The position numbers and the translations under genes are program-made. A DNA stretch of 63,534 nucleotides, filler included. It is 4 parts of 4 records of this genome, joined end to end, with 100 filler letters (N's around TTAATTAATTAA, not from the genome) between each part and the next. Parts side by side here need not be neighbours in the genome. Positions count along the whole stretch, not along the records: positions 24,819 to 54,703 come from SRR20825010_805; 3 more parts are not named here. The stretch is one strand, 5' to 3'. The notes under the pieces are model-generated. The model was not told where the DNA came from. It made no database searches and saw only the letters and a program-made list of their open reading frames with translations. Shown piece after piece: positions 36,667 through 48,027 of the stretch. Position 1 is the first letter of the stretch. Every line of letters starts with the position of its first letter.

Positions 36667-39585
36667 ATGAAGAATTTTTTGCTTGTTTGCATTTTCGTAT
36701 CTATATATTTTCCAAGTTTAGCGCAGGAAAATAACCCATTGATCGTTAAGAGTGATTTTAAAAATCAAAAGAAATGGGTGGATAGTATCTATGACAGTAT
36801 GACTTTAGAAGAAAAAATGGGCCAGCTCTTTATGGCTGATATTTTTTCAAGTGATCCAAAATCTAAAACAGATAAAATAAAGGATCTTATTACTAATTAT
36901 CATCTAGGTGGAGTTATTTTTTCTAAAGGAGGACCACTGCGACAAGCCAAGCTGAATAATGAATTTCAATCGCTAGCAAAAATCCCCATGCTAATTGGGA
37001 TGGATGCAGAATGGGGCTTGTCTATGCGTCTTGATTCTACCTATGCTTTTCCTTGGAATATGACTTTAGGTGCTATAACCGATTCAAAAATTGTTGAAAA
37101 AGTAGGCCGACGAATTGGTGAACAATCCAAGCGTTTGGGAGTTCATATTAATTTTGCGCCAGTTGTTGATATAAATACAAATCCAAAAAATCCAATCATA
37201 GGTAACCGTTCTTTTGGGGAAGATAAAGACAATGTAACCGAGAAAGCACTTGCGTTTATGAAAGGTATGCAAAGTGCTGGAGTTATGGGAAGTGCAAAGC
37301 ATTTTCCAGGTCATGGCGACACCGATATGGATAGTCATAAAGCCCTACCAACCATTGATTTTTCGAAAAGAAGATTAGATACTTTAGAATTATATCCTTA
37401 TAAAAAACTGATTAGTGAAGGCTTAAACAGTGTGATGGTGGCACATTTAAATGTTCCAGCATTAGAACCACAAATGAATTTTCCATCATCGCTTTCCACA
37501 AAAGTAGTTACCGATCTTCTTAAAAAGGAAATGGGCTTTAACGGCCTTATTTTTACGGATGCACTTAATATGAAAGGTGCCTCAGATTATAAAAAACCTG
37601 GTGAAATTGAGTTGGCAGCATTTTTGGCCGGAAATGATGTTTTATTAATTTCAGAGGACGTTCCAAAAGCAATTGAATTTTTATTAGCTTCTTATAACGA
37701 AGAAGTAATTACTGAAAAAAGATTGGCGTATTCCGTTAAAAAAATCCTTTACGCAAAATATAAAGTTGGTTTGCACAAGTATAAACCTGTAAAAACAGCG
37801 TATTTGGTAGAAGATTTAAATTCGGTTACGGATGATGCACTTTATGAAGAAGCCATGGATAATGCGCTTACAGTTATTAAAAACGACCTCGCCATTCTTC
37901 CTATAAAAGATCTTCAGAAGAAAAAAATTGCATATGTAAACTTTGGCGATGATTCTGGAAAAGTTTTTTTAGATGAATTGAAAAAATACGGCGATGTTAC
38001 TTGGGTTAAAGCCAATAGTTTGGATGAATATGTTCAGAAGTTAAAAGAATATAATTATGTAATTATCGGTTTTCATAAATCTAATGACAATCCATGGAAA
38101 AAATTTGAATTCACTGAAAACGAACTTGTTTGGATATACGAGATTGCACGAACCAATACAGTAATTTTGGATGTTTTTGCAAGACCGTATGCAATGCTGG
38201 ACCTTAAAACCACTGCAAATTTTGAAGGTGTAATAATGTCTTATCAAAACAGTACAATTACACAAAAGCTTTCTGCCCAGCTTATATTTGGCGCTCGTGA
38301 AGCAAAAGGTAAGTTGCCTGTTTCTTTAGGAGAGGATTTTCCATTAAATACAAGCTTACAAACAAAATCGTTACGAAGACTTCAATACGGAACACCTGAA
38401 AGTGTTGGTGTTAATAGCTATAAGCTTAAAAAAATAGACTCTCTTGCCAATCTTGGTTTAAGGGAAGGAATGTATCCAGGGGCGCAAATTTTAGTAGCTA
38501 GAAAAGGAAAAATCATCTATCAAAAAGATTTTGGCTACCACGAATACAACAAGAATCTTGAAGTTAGAGACACCAATGTTTATGACCTTGCATCATTAAC
38601 CAAAATTTTAGCAACCTTACCAATTGTAATGCAATTGGTAGATAAAAAGGAGTTGAGTCTAAACACAAAACTTTCTGAAATGCTTCCAGAGTATAAAAAC
38701 TCAAACAAAGCAGATGTAACTTTAAAACAAATGTTATCGCATTATGCACGTTTTAAAGCGTGGATTCCATTTTATAGACATACTTTAAATGAAGAAAAAA
38801 CAGCGGTTTCACCAAAATACTATTCCAGAAACCCAAGTAAAAGTTATAATGTTGAAGTTGCCGAAAACCTATATATGCGTAGGGATTATATAGATTCAAT
38901 CTATAAAAATATCCGTGAGAGTGATTTAAATTCAAGACTAGAGTATAAATACAGTGACTTGCCTTATTATATTCTAAAAAAATATTTAGAAGAAAAGTTT
39001 GGGAAACCAATGGAAATAATTCTACAAGAAAACTTGTACGAATCCTTGGGGGCAAATTATACGATGTACCATCCATTGGATGCTTTTTCAAAAGATAATA
39101 TTCCACCTACCGAACAAGATGCTATTTTTAGAAATCAGAAAGTTCAAGGATATGTAAACGACCAAGGTGCTGCTATGCTTGGTGGCGTTAGCGGACATGC
39201 AGGCTTATTTAGTAATGCAAATGATGTTGCCAAAATAATGCAAATGTACCTTTGGAAAGGTTTTTACGGTGGAAAAAGATATTTCAATCCAGAAGTTCTC
39301 GATCTTTTTAATACCTGTTATTATTGCAATAAAAATGTAAGAAGAGGTGTTGGTTTCGACAAACCACAACTCGGATCATCTGGCCCTACTTGTGGTTGTG
39401 TTTCTATGACAAGTTTTGGGCATAGTGGATTTACTGGAACATTTGCTTGGGCAGATCCACAACAGGAAATTGTGTATGTATTTCTTTCGAATAGAACTTT
39501 TCCAGATCCAGAAAATAGAAAGTTGATTAAGAGTGATTTACGAAGTAAAATACAAGAAGCCATATACGAGGCAATTGATTATTAA
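36667..39585 (+). CDS. GH3 beta-N-acetylglucosaminidase fused to a beta-lactamase-like serine hydrolase (NagZ-AmiE-like)
   Basis: KHFPGHGDTDMDSH, TDALNM; SLTK, YSD, GHSGFTG. Confidence 0.9.
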   Translation: MKNFLLVCIFVSIYFPSLAQENNPLIVKSDFKNQKKWVDSIYDSMTLEEKMGQLFMADIFSSDPKSKTDKIKDLITNYHLGGVIFSKGGPLRQAKLNNEFQSLAKIPMLIGMDAEWGLSMRLDSTYAFPWNMTLGAITDSKIVEKVGRRIGEQSKRLGVHINFAPVVDINTNPKNPIIGNRSFGEDKDNVTEKALAFMKGMQSAGVMGSAKHFPGHGDTDMDSHKALPTIDFSKRRLDTLELYPYKKLISEGLNSVMVAHLNVPALEPQMNFPSSLSTKVVTDLLKKEMGFNGLIFTDALNMKGASDYKKPGEIELAAFLAGNDVLLISEDVPKAIEFLLASYNEEVITEKRLAYSVKKILYAKYKVGLHKYKPVKTAYLVEDLNSVTDDALYEEAMDNALTVIKNDLAILPIKDLQKKKIAYVNFGDDSGKVFLDELKKYGDVTWVKANSLDEYVQKLKEYNYVIIGFHKSNDNPWKKFEFTENELVWIYEIARTNTVILDVFARPYAMLDLKTTANFEGVIMSYQNSTITQKLSAQLIFGAREAKGKLPVSLGEDFPLNTSLQTKSLRRLQYGTPESVGVNSYKLKKIDSLANLGLREGMYPGAQILVARKGKIIYQKDFGYHEYNKNLEVRDTNVYDLASLTKILATLPIVMQLVDKKELSLNTKLSEMLPEYKNSNKADVTLKQMLSHYARFKAWIPFYRHTLNEEKTAVSPKYYSRNPSKSYNVEVAENLYMRRDYIDSIYKNIRESDLNSRLEYKYSDLPYYILKKYLEEKFGKPMEIILQENLYESLGANYTMYHPLDAFSKDNIPPTEQDAIFRNQKVQGYVNDQGAAMLGGVSGHAGLFSNANDVAKIMQMYLWKGFYGGKRYFNPEVLDLFNTCYYCNKNVRRGVGFDKPQLGSSGPTCGCVSMTSFGHSGFTGTFAWADPQQEIVYVFLSNRTFPDPENRKLIKSDLRSKIQEAIYEAIDY

Positions 39586-39631
39586 ATTTCGAAGTAATTG
39601 TTTGTAAAACTTTGAACTTGAAAAAAATACA

Positions 39632-40774
39632 ATGAAGATAGCAATAGTATGTTACCCAACCTTCGGAGGAAGTGGAGTAGTAGCCACTGAATTGGGCTTG
39701 GCGCTTGCCGAAAAAGGTCATGAAATTCATTTCATAACATACAAACAACCTGTTCGATTGGAATTACTTTCGAAAAACATTCATTTTCACGAAGTTTCTG
39801 TCCCTGTTTACCCACTATTTCATTATCAACCCTATGAACTTGCGCTTTCCAGTAAGTTGGTAGATATGGTGAAACTACATAAAATAGAAGTACTTCATGT
39901 GCATTATGCAATTCCACATGCGTATGCAGGTTATATGGCTAAAAAAATATTAGCGGAAGAAAACATCCATATTCCAATGGTTACAACACTTCACGGCACA
40001 GATATTACCTTGGTTGGTAATCATCCATTTTATAAGCCTGCAGTAACTTTTAGCATCAATAATAGCGATGTAGTTACTTCAGTTTCAAAGAGTTTAAAAG
40101 ATGATACCTTACATCTTTTCGATATAAAAAAGGAGATTCATGTAGTTCCAAATTTTATTGATATTCCTGATAAAAAACCTTTTACGGATTGCCAGCGTGA
40201 TATGATGGCGAGCAAGGAAGAACGCATCATTACACACGTTAGTAACCTTAGAGAAGTAAAAAGAGTTAAAGATGTAGTTGAAGTTTTTGATCGTGTTCAA
40301 AAGAAAATACCTTCAAAATTAATTATCGTAGGTGAAGGCCCTGAACGTGAAGCTTGCGAACGTTTGTGTAGAAAAAAAGGAATTGAAGAAAAAGTTCTCT
40401 TTTTAGGAAACAGTAATGAAATTGATAAAATTTTATGCTTTACTGATTTATTTATTCTTCCTTCAGAAAAAGAAAGTTTTGGTCTCGCTGCTTTAGAAGC
40501 TATGGCTTGTGGGGTTCCAGTAATTTCAAGTAATGCTGGCGGATTACCTGAAGTAAATATTAATGGCGTAAGTGGATTTTTGAGTGATGTGGGGAATGTA
40601 GATGAAATGGCTGAAAACGCTCTGATTATTTTAGCTTCAGATGAAACTTTAAATAAATTTAAAAATCAAGCAATTGAAGCTGCTATGGTGTATGATACCA
40701 AAAAAATTGTGCCTTTATATGAAAAGCTTTATGAAACAGCTATTCAACAAAAAGGCACAACTAATTATAATTAA
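39632..40774 (+). CDS. bshA: N-acetyl-alpha-D-glucosaminyl L-malate synthase
   Basis: CYPTFGGSGVVATELG, HVHYAIPHA, TTLHGTDIT, ESFGLAALEAM. Confidence 0.93.
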   Translation: MKIAIVCYPTFGGSGVVATELGLALAEKGHEIHFITYKQPVRLELLSKNIHFHEVSVPVYPLFHYQPYELALSSKLVDMVKLHKIEVLHVHYAIPHAYAGYMAKKILAEENIHIPMVTTLHGTDITLVGNHPFYKPAVTFSINNSDVVTSVSKSLKDDTLHLFDIKKEIHVVPNFIDIPDKKPFTDCQRDMMASKEERIITHVSNLREVKRVKDVVEVFDRVQKKIPSKLIIVGEGPEREACERLCRKKGIEEKVLFLGNSNEIDKILCFTDLFILPSEKESFGLAALEAMACGVPVISSNAGGLPEVNINGVSGFLSDVGNVDEMAENALIILASDETLNKFKNQAIEAAMVYDTKKIVPLYEKLYETAIQQKGTTNYN

Positions 40775-40784
40775 TATCTACTAT

Positions 40785-41282
40785 CTAAAATTGATATCGA
40801 GCACTTAATCCAATATCAAAACCTGCATCATCTAAATACCCTAAATTAAACTGAGGCCTAAAATCAAACGAGATTAATAACGGGAAATCGAAATTATATT
40901 CAATACCGATATCACCTGTAATAAAAGCGTATGCATCTGTGGTTTTATCCTTATCAAAAGGATCCTTGTCATTATAATCATCATAACTAACTAAACCAAC
41001 ACCTGCTCCAGGTCCTGCATACCAGTTAAAACCACCATCAATATTCCAAACCCATTGGTAAATTCCTGTTAATTTTATAGCGTCATAATGGCGGCTACTA
41101 TTCCATCCTAGTCCTAATTCTAAACGATTATTGTCGCCCAAACCACGCTGGTAATTAACTTCAGTTCCGAAGCCATCATTGTCTCCAAACCTAAGTCCAA
41201 TAGCGTTTTCTGATATTTCTTGTGCGGTAGCTTGCCATCCAAAAGCCACTACGGCAAGAACGACTAAAATTGATTTTTTCAT
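40785..41282 (-). CDS. Small outer-membrane beta-barrel protein
   Basis: Signal peptide, alternating beta strands, C-terminal RYQF. Confidence 0.8.
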   Translation of the reverse strand: MKKSILVVLAVVAFGWQATAQEISENAIGLRFGDNDGFGTEVNYQRGLGDNNRLELGLGWNSSRHYDAIKLTGIYQWVWNIDGGFNWYAGPGAGVGLVSYDDYNDKDPFDKDKTTDAYAFITGDIGIEYNFDFPLLISFDFRPQFNLGYLDDAGFDIGLSARYQF

Positions 41283-41416
41283 AATTTTTTCTTTAAGTTG
41301 TTAATATCGTAAATATAGTCTTAAAAGTATTCGATGATAGTTAAGGCGATGCTAATCTAAATCATATTTTTTACAAAATTTTGTTAAGGAAGTTTGTTAC
41401 TTTTACGGTCTCAGCA

Positions 41417-44359
41417 ATGAAAAAACAATTATCCGATTTTCAGAAAATTTTTAATGGTGAATTTTTCACAGATTCACTTTATACCTCAATATACGCTACG
41501 GATGCTTCAGTTTATAGAAAAATTCCACTAGCTGTAGCTTTTCCAAAAAATAAACGTGGAATTAAGCAACTAATCTCTTTTGCTGAAATAAATGAAACAT
41601 CGCTTATTCCTAGAACCGCAGGTACTTCTTTGGCAGGACAATGTGTTGGCGATGGAATTATAGTAGACGTTTCAAAGCATTTCACCAAAATTTTAGCTGT
41701 TGATACCGTAAAAAAAACGGTTACTGTTCAACCTGGAGTTATTCGAGATGAATTGAATACATATTTAAAACAATTCGGGCTCTTTTTTGGTCCAAATACT
41801 TCAACGAGCAACCGTTGTATGGTTGGCGGTATGGTTGGAAACAATAGTAGTGGCACAACGTCTATCCAATATGGCGTAACTCGCGACAAAGTTTTAAAAT
41901 TGAAAACACTTCTTTCAAATGGTGAAGAAGTTGAGTTTAAATCGCTTTCCAAGGAAGAATTTTTAAGGAAAGCAGAAACAGATTCTTTAGAAGGTAAAAT
42001 ATATAGGACGCTTTATTCCGAATTAAGTTCAAAAGAAGTTCAGCAAGAAATAAAAGAACAATTTCCAAAACCAGAAATTCATAGACGTAATACAGGTTAT
42101 GCAGTTGATATGTTATTGAATTCCTCTGCTTTTGGGGATGCTAATGAAGAAATTAATCTCTGTAATTTACTATGTGGAAGTGAAGGAACACTCGCTTTTA
42201 CTACAGAAATCACACTTCAATTAGATCCTTTACCACCAAAATTTACTGCAATGGTGGCAACACATTATAAAACATTAGAGGCTTGCTTAAACGATGTTGT
42301 GGTTGCGATGCAGCATAAATTGCATACCTGCGAAATGATGGATAATGTGATTTTAGATTGCACCAAAAAAAACAAAACGTATGTGCCGTATCGTTTTTTT
42401 GTAAAAGATGATCCAAAAGCAATTTTATTATTAGAATTGAAAAGCGATACTGAAGAAGATTTAAACCTGCAAATAAAGCATTTACTAGAATCGTTAAATA
42501 GTTCGAATTATAGCTATCACACCCCAGTTTTAAGAGGGGAAGAAATTGAAATGGCACTCGAATTACGCAAAGCTGGCTTAGGAGTATTAGGAAATATGGT
42601 GGGCGATAAAAAAGCTGTGGCTTGTATTGAGGATACTGCCGTTGCACTTGAAGATTTGCCAAATTATATTAAGGAGTTTTCAGATTTGATGAAAAAATAC
42701 GACCAACAAGCAGTTTATTATGCGCATGCTGGTGCAGGAGAGCTTCATTTACGCCCAATTCTAAATTTGAAAGAGCAGGAAGGGATTACTTATTTTAGAA
42801 AAATTACTACGGATGTTGCGCTTCTTTGTAAAAAATATAAAGGCTCTTTTTCTGGGGAACATGGCGATGGAATAGTTCGGGCAGAGTTTATTCCGTTGAT
42901 GATAGGCCAGAAGAATTATGAACTTTTAAAACGGATAAAAACCGCGTTTGACCCTCAAAATATATTTAATCCTGGAAAGATTGTGAACGCCTTTAAAATG
43001 GATGAATCACTACGATATAAAGTTGATAGGGAGGAACCAAACATTAAAACTTTAATGGATTTTAGTGATTCTGAAGGAATTCTTCGGCTCGCTGAAAAAT
43101 GTAATGGGAGTGGGGATTGCCGTAAGTCTGCAGATGCAGCTGGTGCAATGTGTCCGAGTTATCAAGCTACAAAAAACGAAAAAGATACCACACGCGCTCG
43201 TGCAAATGCTTTACGAGAGGTTTTAACAAATAATGATTCGGTAAATAAGTTTAATTCAAAAGCACTAAAAGAAGTTTTTGATCTGTGTATAAGTTGTAAA
43301 GCGTGTGCTAGCGAATGCCCAAGTAATGTAGATATTAGTACCGCAAAAGCTGAATTTTTATACCAATATAATCAAGTGAATGGGGTTTCATTTTCAAATA
43401 AACTCTTTGGAAAAAGCACGAAACTCAATAAAATTGCTTCACGATTTCCAAAGGCTTCAAATTGGGTTTTTTCAAATTCTTTTACTTCAAGAATTATTAA
43501 AAATAGTAGTGGTGTACATCAAAATCGTACACTTCCAAATATTTCAACAAAAAGTTTTAGTAGGATAGCTAATTCTGCTGTAAATCAAAATTTTAATAAA
43601 AATTATAATTGTGGAAAAACAACTAAATCTGTTTTACTTTTTGTTGATGAGTTTAGTAATTATTTAGATGCAGAAATAGCACTCGATTCCTTTCTACTTT
43701 TAACAAGTTTAGGCTACAAAGTGGAGATTGTTGATACTTTGGATAGTGGTCGCGCCCTTATTTCAAAAGGATTTTTGGTGGAAGCTAAAAATGAGGCAAA
43801 TAAAAACATTTCTTATTTAAAAGATAAAGTAACAGCGTCTATTCCATTGATAGGTATTGAACCTTCAGCAATACTTAGTTTTCGAGACGAATACCTTAGA
43901 ATGGCAGATGATATTGTTTCAGCAAAAAGTATTTTGGAAAACACTTTTTTGATTGAAGAGTTTTTAGCTTCAGAGATTCAAAAAGGATATATTTCAGAAT
44001 CACAATTTACTTCAGAAGAAAAAAACATTAAAATCCATTCACATTGCCATCAAAAATCACTTAGCAACCAAAAAGTAACCTTCGATATTTTAAACCTTCC
44101 AAAAAACTACAAACCAACTATTATAACTTCAGGGTGTTGTGGAATGGCAGGGAGTTTTGGTTATGAAAAAGTACATTACGATATTAGCATGAAAATAGGG
44201 GAGTTGAAGCTGTTTCCAGCTGTAAGGAAATCTCCAGATGACACTATAATTTCTGCAAATGGAACAAGTTGTAGGCATCAAATCTATGACGGTACAGGTA
44301 GAAAAGCTTTGCATCCTATTACAATTTTGAAAAATGCGTTAAAAGATAATTCGTTCTAA
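41417..44359 (+). CDS. FAD-binding, Fe-S-containing oxidoreductase (YdiJ/GlcD-GlcF fusion type)
   Basis: YATDAS, GTSLAGQ, GSEGTL, SGEHGDG, CISCKACASECP, CCGMAGSFG. Confidence 0.9.
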   Translation: MKKQLSDFQKIFNGEFFTDSLYTSIYATDASVYRKIPLAVAFPKNKRGIKQLISFAEINETSLIPRTAGTSLAGQCVGDGIIVDVSKHFTKILAVDTVKKTVTVQPGVIRDELNTYLKQFGLFFGPNTSTSNRCMVGGMVGNNSSGTTSIQYGVTRDKVLKLKTLLSNGEEVEFKSLSKEEFLRKAETDSLEGKIYRTLYSELSSKEVQQEIKEQFPKPEIHRRNTGYAVDMLLNSSAFGDANEEINLCNLLCGSEGTLAFTTEITLQLDPLPPKFTAMVATHYKTLEACLNDVVVAMQHKLHTCEMMDNVILDCTKKNKTYVPYRFFVKDDPKAILLLELKSDTEEDLNLQIKHLLESLNSSNYSYHTPVLRGEEIEMALELRKAGLGVLGNMVGDKKAVACIEDTAVALEDLPNYIKEFSDLMKKYDQQAVYYAHAGAGELHLRPILNLKEQEGITYFRKITTDVALLCKKYKGSFSGEHGDGIVRAEFIPLMIGQKNYELLKRIKTAFDPQNIFNPGKIVNAFKMDESLRYKVDREEPNIKTLMDFSDSEGILRLAEKCNGSGDCRKSADAAGAMCPSYQATKNEKDTTRARANALREVLTNNDSVNKFNSKALKEVFDLCISCKACASECPSNVDISTAKAEFLYQYNQVNGVSFSNKLFGKSTKLNKIASRFPKASNWVFSNSFTSRIIKNSSGVHQNRTLPNISTKSFSRIANSAVNQNFNKNYNCGKTTKSVLLFVDEFSNYLDAEIALDSFLLLTSLGYKVEIVDTLDSGRALISKGFLVEAKNEANKNISYLKDKVTASIPLIGIEPSAILSFRDEYLRMADDIVSAKSILENTFLIEEFLASEIQKGYISESQFTSEEKNIKIHSHCHQKSLSNQKVTFDILNLPKNYKPTIITSGCCGMAGSFGYEKVHYDISMKIGELKLFPAVRKSPDDTIISANGTSCRHQIYDGTGRKALHPITILKNALKDNSF

Positions 44360-45213
44360 AAAGAAGCTTTAAACGTTTTCATTGCTGCCATCATTGTTGC
44401 AAAATCAGTTTCTTCGTTCTCTATTTCTGTTTCTTCAGGTACTAAAAGATGTTTTCTGTCTTGATAACTGTATAGCGTCCATCTTTCATTAGAATACTCC
44501 AGAGCAGTAAGATTTTCAATCCAATCGCCACTATTTAGATACGTACAGCTTCCTTTAGGCGTTTTAACTTCCTTCATACAAGGTTGGTGGATATGTCCAC
44601 AAACTACAAAATCAAAATTATTATCGATTGCAAGATCGGTTGCGGTTTCCTCAAAATTATTAATAAACTTGATTGCGCCTTTTACACCGTTTTTTATCTT
44701 TTTCGAAAGCGAATATTTTTCCTTTCCAGCTTTTATAAGGAAATAATTAATGAATCTATTTAGAAGAATAAGTAAATCGTAACCCCAACCTCCCAATTTT
44801 GCTATCCATTTGGCGTGTTGTACGGAAGCATCAAAAACATCGCCATGAAAAAACCAAGCTTTTTTACCGTCAAGATTCAGCACTAATTTATCAATAATCT
44901 GAATATTACCCATTTTAGTATTGCTAAAACGGCGTAATTGCTCATCGTGATTCCCGGTTATATAATATACTTTTGTTCCTTTTGTAGCAAGCGAAAGTAT
45001 TTTTTTTATAATAAGAAGATGTGCCTTAGGAAAGTAACGCTTTCTAAACTGCCAAATATCAATAATATCTCCGTTTAATATTATTTTCTTCGGTTTAATA
45101 GAGTTTAAATAGTTAAGAAGTTCTTTGGCATGGCAACCATAAGTTCCTAAATGCACGTCTGAAATAACAACAATCTCAACTTTTCTTTTCAAGTAGTATA
45201 TTTTATGAAACAA
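44356..45213 (-). CDS. Calcineurin-like metallophosphoesterase (UDP-2,3-diacylglucosamine hydrolase-like)
   Basis: SDVHLG, GDIID, GNHD, HGD, GHIH, NSGDW; start uncertain (possibly TTG 45192). Confidence 0.85.
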   Translation of the reverse strand: MFHKIYYLKRKVEIVVISDVHLGTYGCHAKELLNYLNSIKPKKIILNGDIIDIWQFRKRYFPKAHLLIIKKILSLATKGTKVYYITGNHDEQLRRFSNTKMGNIQIIDKLVLNLDGKKAWFFHGDVFDASVQHAKWIAKLGGWGYDLLILLNRFINYFLIKAGKEKYSLSKKIKNGVKGAIKFINNFEETATDLAIDNNFDFVVCGHIHQPCMKEVKTPKGSCTYLNSGDWIENLTALEYSNERWTLYSYQDRKHLLVPEETEIENEETDFATMMAAMKTFKASF

Positions 45214-45365
45214 ATTTCTAAAAATAAGTAACTAAGTATTTTACGTAAATGTTACGTTTGCTTCTTTTTACGGTTATTTAGTGTTTGGAATGTTTCCAGA
45301 ATATTATGAATACAGTTTATTTTCATTATTCATTCGTATCGTTTACATTTGTTGAAAACCACTTT

Positions 45366-46445
45366 ATGGCAGGTAATTCATTCGGAAAAATCTTTAAAAC
45401 CACCACCTTCGGAGAATCTCACGGTTCAGCCATAGGTGGAATTATAGATGGATGTCCAGCAGGAATCGCATTAGATTTTGATGCAATAAACGCTGAAATG
45501 CAACGAAGAAAACCAGGACAATCTGCTATTGTTACCCAACGTAAAGAAGAAGATGAAGTGAAGTTTCTTTCCGGAATATTTGAAGGAAAAACAACTGGTA
45601 CGTCAATAGGGTTTTTAATTGAAAATACAAATCAAAAAAGTCAGGATTACGGACATATAAAGGACATTTATCGTCCTTCACATGCAGATTTCACATTCGA
45701 TAAAAAATATGGAATTCGCGATTATCGTGGTGGGGGTCGCTCCTCAGCACGTGAAACAGCCTGTAGAGTAGTGGCTGGAGCAATTGCAAAACAATTACTC
45801 GCTACTATAAAAATTACAGCCTACGTTTCTTCTGTGGGCACGTTAACGTTGCAAAAACCATATTCAGAAATCGATTTCTCAGAAATAGAAAAAAATCCTG
45901 TACGATGTCCTGATGCCGAAATGGCTTCAAAAATGGAAGAGTATATAAAGCTCATTAGAAAGGAAGGTGATACCGTTGGAGGAACCGTTTCATGTGTAAT
46001 TCAAAATGTACCAATTGGCTTGGGTGAACCCGTTTTTGATAAACTTCACGCAGAACTTGGTAAAGCAATGCTTTCTATAAACGCTGTAAAAGGGTTTGAA
46101 TATGGAAGTGGTTTTGCGGGAACTGCAATGAAAGGAAGCGAGCATAACGATGCTTTTAATGAAGATGGAAGTACAAAAACAAATTTTAGTGGCGGAATTC
46201 AAGGTGGAATTAGTAATGGAGAAGACATCTATTTTAAAGTTGCCTTTAAACCAGTAGCTACAATTATGCAAAAACAAGATACTATTGATAGCAAAGGAAA
46301 TAAAGCAGTAGCTGAAGGCAAAGGGCGTCATGATCCTTGTGTGGTACCTCGTGCTGTTCCAATAGTTGAAGCTATGGCCGCATTGGTTTTAGCCGATTTT
46401 TATATGCTTAATAAGATTTCAAAAATTTCAACAATTCAACAATAA
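45366..46445 (+). CDS. aroC: Chorismate synthase
   Basis: [30 protein letters not shown]. Confidence 0.97.
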   Translation: MAGNSFGKIFKTTTFGESHGSAIGGIIDGCPAGIALDFDAINAEMQRRKPGQSAIVTQRKEEDEVKFLSGIFEGKTTGTSIGFLIENTNQKSQDYGHIKDIYRPSHADFTFDKKYGIRDYRGGGRSSARETACRVVAGAIAKQLLATIKITAYVSSVGTLTLQKPYSEIDFSEIEKNPVRCPDAEMASKMEEYIKLIRKEGDTVGGTVSCVIQNVPIGLGEPVFDKLHAELGKAMLSINAVKGFEYGSGFAGTAMKGSEHNDAFNEDGSTKTNFSGGIQGGISNGEDIYFKVAFKPVATIMQKQDTIDSKGNKAVAEGKGRHDPCVVPRAVPIVEAMAALVLADFYMLNKISKISTIQQ

Positions 46446-46446
46446 A

Positions 46447-47892
46447 ATGAAGAAACTCGCACTACACTGGAAAATTATCATCGGATTAGTTTTAGGTATA
46501 ATTTGGGCCTTACTCTCTAGCCAATTAGGATGGAGCGAGTTTACCATTAATTGGATTGCACCCTTTGGAAAGATTTTTATCAATCTTTTAAAGTTGATCG
46601 CTGTACCATTGGTTCTTGTTTCAATTATAAGTGGTGTGGCAAATATTGGCGATCCTTCTAGCTTAGGTAGAATGGGAGGGAAAACGCTATTAGCATATTT
46701 GTTTACAACGCTTTTTGCAGTAGCAATGGGGCTAATTCTTGTTAATATTATTCAACCAGGAAAACTTATTGATGAACAAAGTAGAATTGATAACCGCATA
46801 AGCTATGAAATTTGGGCAGCATCTGAAGGTCATGAAATTAAAGATGGAATAAATTACCTTCAAGATCCTGAATTTTTTGAACGTGCCCAGAAAATTACTG
46901 ATTTAACTAAAGGAGAATTAAATAATGCAGCTGTTTCAGATAAAGTGGAAACTGTGAAACAAGCCAAAGAAGCTACCCCATTACAACCATTAGTGGATAT
47001 AGTGCCAGAGAACTTCTTCTTTTCCTTAACAGATAACGGTTTAATGCTTCAAATAATTTTCTTTGGAATATTTTTCGGTGTCTGTTTGTTATTGATTCCC
47101 AATGAAAAATCACATCCAGTTACATCCTTTATGGATAGTATGATGGAAGTTTTCCTAAAAATGGTCGATTTGGTTATGCAAGCTGCTCCTTTCTTCGTGT
47201 TTGCTTTATTGGCGGGAGTTGTAAGCAAGATGGCAGGTGACGATATTGGTAAAGTATATGAAATTTTTAAAGGCCTAAGCTGGTATTCACTTACTGTATT
47301 TTTAGGACTTATGATGATGATTTTTATAATCTATCCGCTATTTATGAAGATTTTCGTTAAGAAAATTCCATATAAAGGATTTTTTAAAGCTATGGCTCCA
47401 GCACAAACCTTAGCTTTTTCTACTTCAAGTAGCGCAGCAACACTTCCAGTAACTATGGAATGCGTGGAAGAAAACTTAGGTGTAGATAAAAAAATTACCA
47501 GCTTCGTTTTACCTATCGGCGCAACTGTAAATATGGATGGAACCTGTTTATATCAAGCTGTAGCGGTTGTATTTTTAGCGCAGTTACACATGATAGATTT
47601 AACAATTGGGCAACAATTAACCATTGTTTTAACAGCAACTTTAGCTTCAATTGGTTCCGCAGCAGTGCCAAGCGCTGGTTTGGTTATGCTAATCATTGTT
47701 TTAGAATCAGTGGGATTAAACCCTGCGTGGATTGCTATTATTTTTCCAGTAGATAGAATTTTAGATATGTTCCGAACTGTTGTAAATGTAACAGGAGACG
47801 CTACTGTGTGTACAATTATTGCGGATGGTGAAGAAATGCTAAATTACAATCCTCAAGAAAACCCTTCCGAAACTTTCGATTTAGATTCTTAA
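46447..47892 (+). CDS. Dicarboxylate/amino acid:cation symporter
   Basis: AFSTSSSAATLP, GATVNMDGT, DRILDMFRTVVNVTGD. Confidence 0.93.
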   Translation: MKKLALHWKIIIGLVLGIIWALLSSQLGWSEFTINWIAPFGKIFINLLKLIAVPLVLVSIISGVANIGDPSSLGRMGGKTLLAYLFTTLFAVAMGLILVNIIQPGKLIDEQSRIDNRISYEIWAASEGHEIKDGINYLQDPEFFERAQKITDLTKGELNNAAVSDKVETVKQAKEATPLQPLVDIVPENFFFSLTDNGLMLQIIFFGIFFGVCLLLIPNEKSHPVTSFMDSMMEVFLKMVDLVMQAAPFFVFALLAGVVSKMAGDDIGKVYEIFKGLSWYSLTVFLGLMMMIFIIYPLFMKIFVKKIPYKGFFKAMAPAQTLAFSTSSSAATLPVTMECVEENLGVDKKITSFVLPIGATVNMDGTCLYQAVAVVFLAQLHMIDLTIGQQLTIVLTATLASIGSAAVPSAGLVMLIIVLESVGLNPAWIAIIFPVDRILDMFRTVVNVTGDATVCTIIADGEEMLNYNPQENPSETFDLDS

Positions 47893-48027
47893 AATAGTTT
47901 TGAAAATTTACAAATATTTGCATTGTAATTAATTTATAATCACTAAATTAGGTTCATCTCCCTGATTGGTTTTCCCAATCTATTATTTATTGATTTTTTC
48001 TGTTTGGCTATGATAAAACTCATAGTC

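Noticed and set aside
36667-39585. Beta-lactamase-like domain as a resistance gene
   Set aside because: Fused to GH3 NagZ; this fits peptidoglycan recycling, a common Bacteroidetes architecture.
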